Shown here: piece by piece, positions 60,522 to 64,000 of the stretch | Layout: the number at the start of each line of letters is the position of its first letter | Position numbering within the stretch: the stretch's first letter is position 1 | Translations under genes and position numbers: made by a program | From: Pelagomonas calceolata | Lineage: Eukaryota | Assembly (NCBI GenBank): GCA_918797485.1 | Contig: CAKKNE010000001.1 | Location: forward strand, 6,014,001-6,078,000 | DNA: 64,000 nucleotides | Direction: 5' to 3' | Notes under the pieces: model-generated | The model's input: the letters and a program-made list of their open reading frames with translations, nothing else | Databases searched by the model: none | What the model was told of the DNA's origin: nothing

Positions 60522-62183
60522 ATGGCAGCCGAGCACGCCCATCACGACGAGCACCGCCTCGACGTGAGCAGCGTCTCGGTCATGCTCATCCTCTTGATCG
60601 CCTTCACCTTAACGAGCGAGAAGCTGCTGCACGCGCTGCACCGCCGGCTCGGGCACGGCGCGAGCGTCGGCCAGGAGATCTTCCACAAAGTGAAGGATGA
60701 ATTGATGCTCGTCGGCGTCTTAACCTTATTGTTGGACGTCGCGGAGCACTCCTTCACGCCGACGCACGACGTCTTGGAGGCCTTCGAGTGGGCGCACCGG
60801 TTGCTGTTCGTGGCGGCGCTCGTGTTGGTGGCGTTCGCCGTGTCCCTCGCGGCGGCCTGCGCCGCGCTCACGGCGCGGTACCACGCCGTCGAGGGCGTGT
60901 CGCTGCAGGGCATCCTATCGAATGAAGATCGGGAAGCGACGATCCGCGTCGCCCATACCGACGTGAGGTGGCGCGAGGCGGCGACGTACTTTGCGCTGCG
61001 GGAGGATTTTTTTGCCCGGTGCGAGCTGCCGGCGGCCTTCGCCTTCTCGCGGTACCTCGAAGGGGCGCTGAAGGAATTTATCGTCGACCAGGTCGAGATC
61101 TACGCGTCGGCGTGGGGGGCGGTCGTTTGCGTGGTCTGCGCGAACTGGGCGCGGAGCCGCTACTTCAACGTCTGGAACGGGCGGGAGACGGACGTCTTCG
61201 TCTGCGGCGGCTGGTTGCTGGTGGTGCTCGCGTTACTGTTAAAGACGCGGCAGGACGCGGCGTGGGCCCACCTGCGAAGCGACCTGGGCTGCGCCACGGA
61301 CGACGCGCTCGTCGAGGCCTGTAGAAGAGCGCACAAGCGCCGGTCGAAGGAAAAAGCGATCAAGGAGGCCGAGGCGAGCCTCGAGCTCACGATCGAGCGG
61401 CGCGAGCACCGGCGGGAGCTCGAGAGGGAACGGTCGGCGTCGCCGCCCGCGTCGCCCACCTCCCCGAAGCGGGGCTTCGTCGGCCGCCTGCAGGCGCTGC
61501 GGGACCACCGCGCGGGCCGGCTCGACGACAACCAGCACCACGCGCGCACCGCGTCCACGCTGTCGGCGTGCGTCTCGGGCGTGCTGCTCCTGGTCTGCTT
61601 CTACGGCGCTTTATTACTATTACGCTACGGCGCGCTCGCCCTCGAGGTCTCCCGGTCGTACTTCGTCGCGGCGGCGCTGCCCGTCGTCCTCGTCTGCGAC
61701 GTCGTCCGGCGCCTCGTGCACCGCACGTCGTTCGTCGTCGCCGTGTCGCGCGTCGACGAGGCCGCCGTCGACGAGGTCCTGGAGGCGTCTTTGCAAACCT
61801 CGCATGACGTCGCGGCGCTCCGCGTGACGTTCAGGCAGGCGTTTGCTGCCCACGGTGGGAAATCACGGGCGGACCTGCGGGCAGTATTTGATCACTTCGA
61901 AGCTTCTGGGGATGGGGAATTAGATAGGGACGACGCGCGGGCGCTCATCAAGTGGGTCCTGAAACGGCGGATCTCGAAGGACCACTTCGACCGCGTCTGG
62001 CGCGAGCTGAACGTCGACGAGATCGGCGGCATCGGCTTCGCGGACTTCTCGTCGTTCTTCGACGACCCGGCGTTCCAGACGCCTCTGTTGGAAGCTCCTG
62101 GGATCGACCTCCGCGGCGTCGCCACGAAGAAGAAGAAGCGCTCGTTCTTCCACCGCAAGAAGAGCACTAAGAAGGTAGACTAA
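60522..62183 (+). CDS. MLO-like multi-pass membrane protein with C-terminal EF-hands
   Basis: EKLLH...KVKDELMLVGVLTLLL, FAFSRYL; EASGDGELDRDD and NVDEIGGIGFAD. Confidence 0.7.
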   Translation: MAAEHAHHDEHRLDVSSVSVMLILLIAFTLTSEKLLHALHRRLGHGASVGQEIFHKVKDELMLVGVLTLLLDVAEHSFTPTHDVLEAFEWAHRLLFVAALVLVAFAVSLAAACAALTARYHAVEGVSLQGILSNEDREATIRVAHTDVRWREAATYFALREDFFARCELPAAFAFSRYLEGALKEFIVDQVEIYASAWGAVVCVVCANWARSRYFNVWNGRETDVFVCGGWLLVVLALLLKTRQDAAWAHLRSDLGCATDDALVEACRRAHKRRSKEKAIKEAEASLELTIERREHRRELERERSASPPASPTSPKRGFVGRLQALRDHRAGRLDDNQHHARTASTLSACVSGVLLLVCFYGALLLLRYGALALEVSRSYFVAAALPVVLVCDVVRRLVHRTSFVVAVSRVDEAAVDEVLEASLQTSHDVAALRVTFRQAFAAHGGKSRADLRAVFDHFEASGDGELDRDDARALIKWVLKRRISKDHFDRVWRELNVDEIGGIGFADFSSFFDDPAFQTPLLEAPGIDLRGVATKKKKRSFFHRKKSTKKVD

Positions 62184-62204
62184 TGTCGTTAGTCCTAGGC
62201 CCCG

Positions 62205-64000
62205 TCAGTCCGTCGGCTCGCCGAGGGGTGGGAGCCGCCCCGCCTTCGCGAGGTCGATGATCTCCTTCATGCCCTTGACGGCCTGCTTCAAATTCGGCCA
62301 CGCGGGCCCGTACGACATGCGGAGCCTGTACGGAAATCGAGCCTAAGTCAAGCCGTGGACGCATTATTCGAGACGCGGTGCTCCGCTTGTCAATATACGG
62401 CGACTTGTGGAAGCGGCGGCGGTGGAAGGGATTCACGTCGAAGAATATGCCTGGCACGCAGATGACCTTGTGTCGGACACAATACTCGAAGAACACCACG
62501 CAGTTGTTCAGCGGCGGCGGCAACGCCTGTGCGGAGAGACTCGTGTCGGCCTCCACGCCATCGAGCAGACGCAGTACGCTACCGAGACGTCCGCCCAGAT
62601 GTAAAAGGTGCTCTTCGGCACGCGCGCCTTGATGCCCATCGCCTCGAGCTCCCGTACCATGTAGTCGCGCTTCTCGCGGAAGTGCGCCTGCAGCGCTAGC
62701 GCGTCCTTTTCCACAAATCCAGGCTCGAGCAAGGGAACCGCGGCCTTTTGCAGCGGGTTGTTCGTGCCGCCGTCCATGAAGGAGCCGATGCTTCCCAACA
62801 CATCAATGCAGTGCTTCGGTCCCACCACCCAGCAGCAACGCCAACCCCTGCGGGAAGATCGCGTCGATGGCGCGGAGCGTGCAAACGGAAAGACGGACGC
62901 GGGAGGCGAGCGGCAACCGCCAATTTTTCGTGAAGCCGTTCACAATACATATAGGGTCCTTGTTGACATCTTCTACGAACTCCGCCGACGAGAGCGTGTG
63001 GAAGGGTCGGCCACTCGATGAGTCCTGCTCGTACATGTAGTGGGAATAAAATTCGTCCATGAGCATCATCGTGTTCTCCTGGCGCGCGATCTCGACGTAT
63101 TGCCGTAGAGTGTCTCCCTCAATCGGCTCGCCCGTGGGGTTCGCCGGGTTGCTCCAGAGAAACGCCCCTAATCCATGCAGTTGGATCTGGCGGCGTAAAT
63201 GCTCGGGCGACGTTCGCAAGCCGTCCTGGTCGTGGGCGATGGCGATCGGCGCCACTCCTGTGAACTCGCCGAGCAGTTGCTGGTACGCCGTGTAGTCCGG
63301 GAGAAAGTAGCCGACGTTGACGTTGTGGAGCGACGCCATCAAACGAGAGAGTCCCGCGCGGCCGCCTGGAACGATGGCCACGTTGGCCGCCGTATATTGC
63401 GACTTCTTGCCCTGGCGGAACCAGTGGTTGTAGTACTGGGCGACGGCGTCGCGGAGGTCGCGGCGCCCGTTGACGTCTCCATACTCATTCGTCTCGTCGT
63501 CGAGCTCGACGGCCAGAGAACGCTCCGGGCCGCCGATGGGCCCCGTCTCCGGCGCGCCCTGGCCGAGGTTGCCCCACGCGGGGTCGCCGGCGCCCTTGAA
63601 TCCCCAGCGCTTGGCCCGCGTCGTCGCCTGTGTGGAAATCAAAACTTCGCGGTGCGTGCTGAGTCGTCACGTCGACCTCCACGCCATTGACGCGTCGCCT
63701 GCTCGATGGCGTGGCGATGCCGGTTCCTTATTCGACGGTTTCAGAGCGGCGGCGTCATCGCCGAGAAGTGACTTAGTGAAGAATTATCGGGTGCACCCGA
63801 CACACTGGTTGATTTCCACACAGGTCGTCGCGTAGATGACGCCCGTGCGGCTCTGCATGGACATGATCTCCTCGCAGTCCGACATGGATTCCTGGACTTC
63901 CTGCCTGTGTGGACGTCGCGTCGATGGCGTCCATCTGTATTTGATTTCCGCACAGCCTCCTGCGTGGCGAGCACGGCGAGCAAGCCCTGGAGCTGATCCT
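62205..64000 (-). CDS. Class I/II PLP-dependent aminotransferase (5' partial); 5 element-derived introns
   Basis: Spliced product reads TGVIY-ATTRA, NLGQGAPE, SNPANPTG, DEFYSHY, GFTKNWRLP-GWR, FYIWADVS-ALP, PGIFFD, K-LRMSYGP; stop TGA at 62207-62205. Confidence 0.9.
62326..62386 (-). mobile_element. Decayed Introner-derived intron (61 nt, GC-AG) with inverted flanks
   Basis: ctgtacggaaatc end. Flanks gcggagc (62319-25) / gctccgc (62380-86) are reverse complements. Restores YIDK-LRMSYG. Confidence 0.8.
62527..62582 (-). mobile_element. Decayed Introner-derived intron (56 nt, GT-AG)
   Basis: ctgtgcgga...cctccacgccatcgagcagacgcag plus 8 nt to the GT. Phase-0 join. Confidence 0.82.
62848..62911 (-). 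mobile_element. Decayed Introner-derived intron (64 nt, GC-AG)
   Basis: ctgcgggaagatcgcgtcgatggcg. Removal restores the PLP motif TKNWRLPGWR. Confidence 0.82.
63628..63831 (-). mobile_element. Intact Introner element (63628-63823) plus TSD = 204-nt GC-AG intron
   Basis: Perfect TIRs and perfect TSD gtcgtcgc (63620-27, 63824-31). Confidence 0.95.
63905..63963 (-). mobile_element. Short Introner-derived intron (59 nt, GC-AG)
   Basis: ctgtgtgga...gatttccgcacag. TSD cttcctgc / cctcctgc (7/8). Frame restored. Confidence 0.88.

Noticed and set aside
1..64000. Autonomous transposase for the element family
   Set aside because: No DDE-type ORF was recognised, and all TIR-bounded copies are at most 200 bp.
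1..64000. Bacterial origin suggested by high GC and gene density
   Set aside because: COG6, HSF, RING-H2, TDP1, spliceosomal-type introns and bipartite plastid signals indicate a eukaryotic alga.
1..64000. tRNA or rRNA genes
   Set aside because: No recognisable conserved rRNA blocks or tRNA cloverleaf were seen by eye; this is not excluded without a covariance search.

Overview
GC-rich, gene-dense eukaryotic algal DNA. It is most consistent with a pelagophyte such as Pelagomonas, which I infer from the GC content, plastid-targeting N-termini, DUF285 and MYND-RING families and the intron type. About 33 compact protein genes are present, including PGM, a lipoyl-less plastid E2, SirB/CbiX, a large SNF2 ATPase, COG6, TDP1 and a class I/II aminotransferase. 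The dominant hidden structure is a family of intron-generating non-autonomous DNA transposons (Introner-type). They have 15-bp TIRs (CTGTGTGGAAATCAA...TTGATTTCCACACAG) and 8-bp TSDs. The TSD supplies the GT/GC donor and the TIR supplies the CAG acceptor in either orientation. I traced 18 such introns by hand in 8 genes; removing each one restores or preserves the reading frame. They form a decay series from ~200-bp intact copies to 56-64-nt introns, and in some older copies the donor-side TSD has become the reverse complement of the downstream exon start. Other signals: a dispersed ~24-bp GCTAGCGGCCTGTAAGACACTAGC motif found only upstream of genes; a ~430-bp direct repeat bracketing the SNF2 gene next to an endonuclease-VII-like gene; duplicated 49-nt 5'UTR intron candidates; and an abutting TAA-ATG gene pair. 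No splicing data are available, so all introns are sequence-based predictions.
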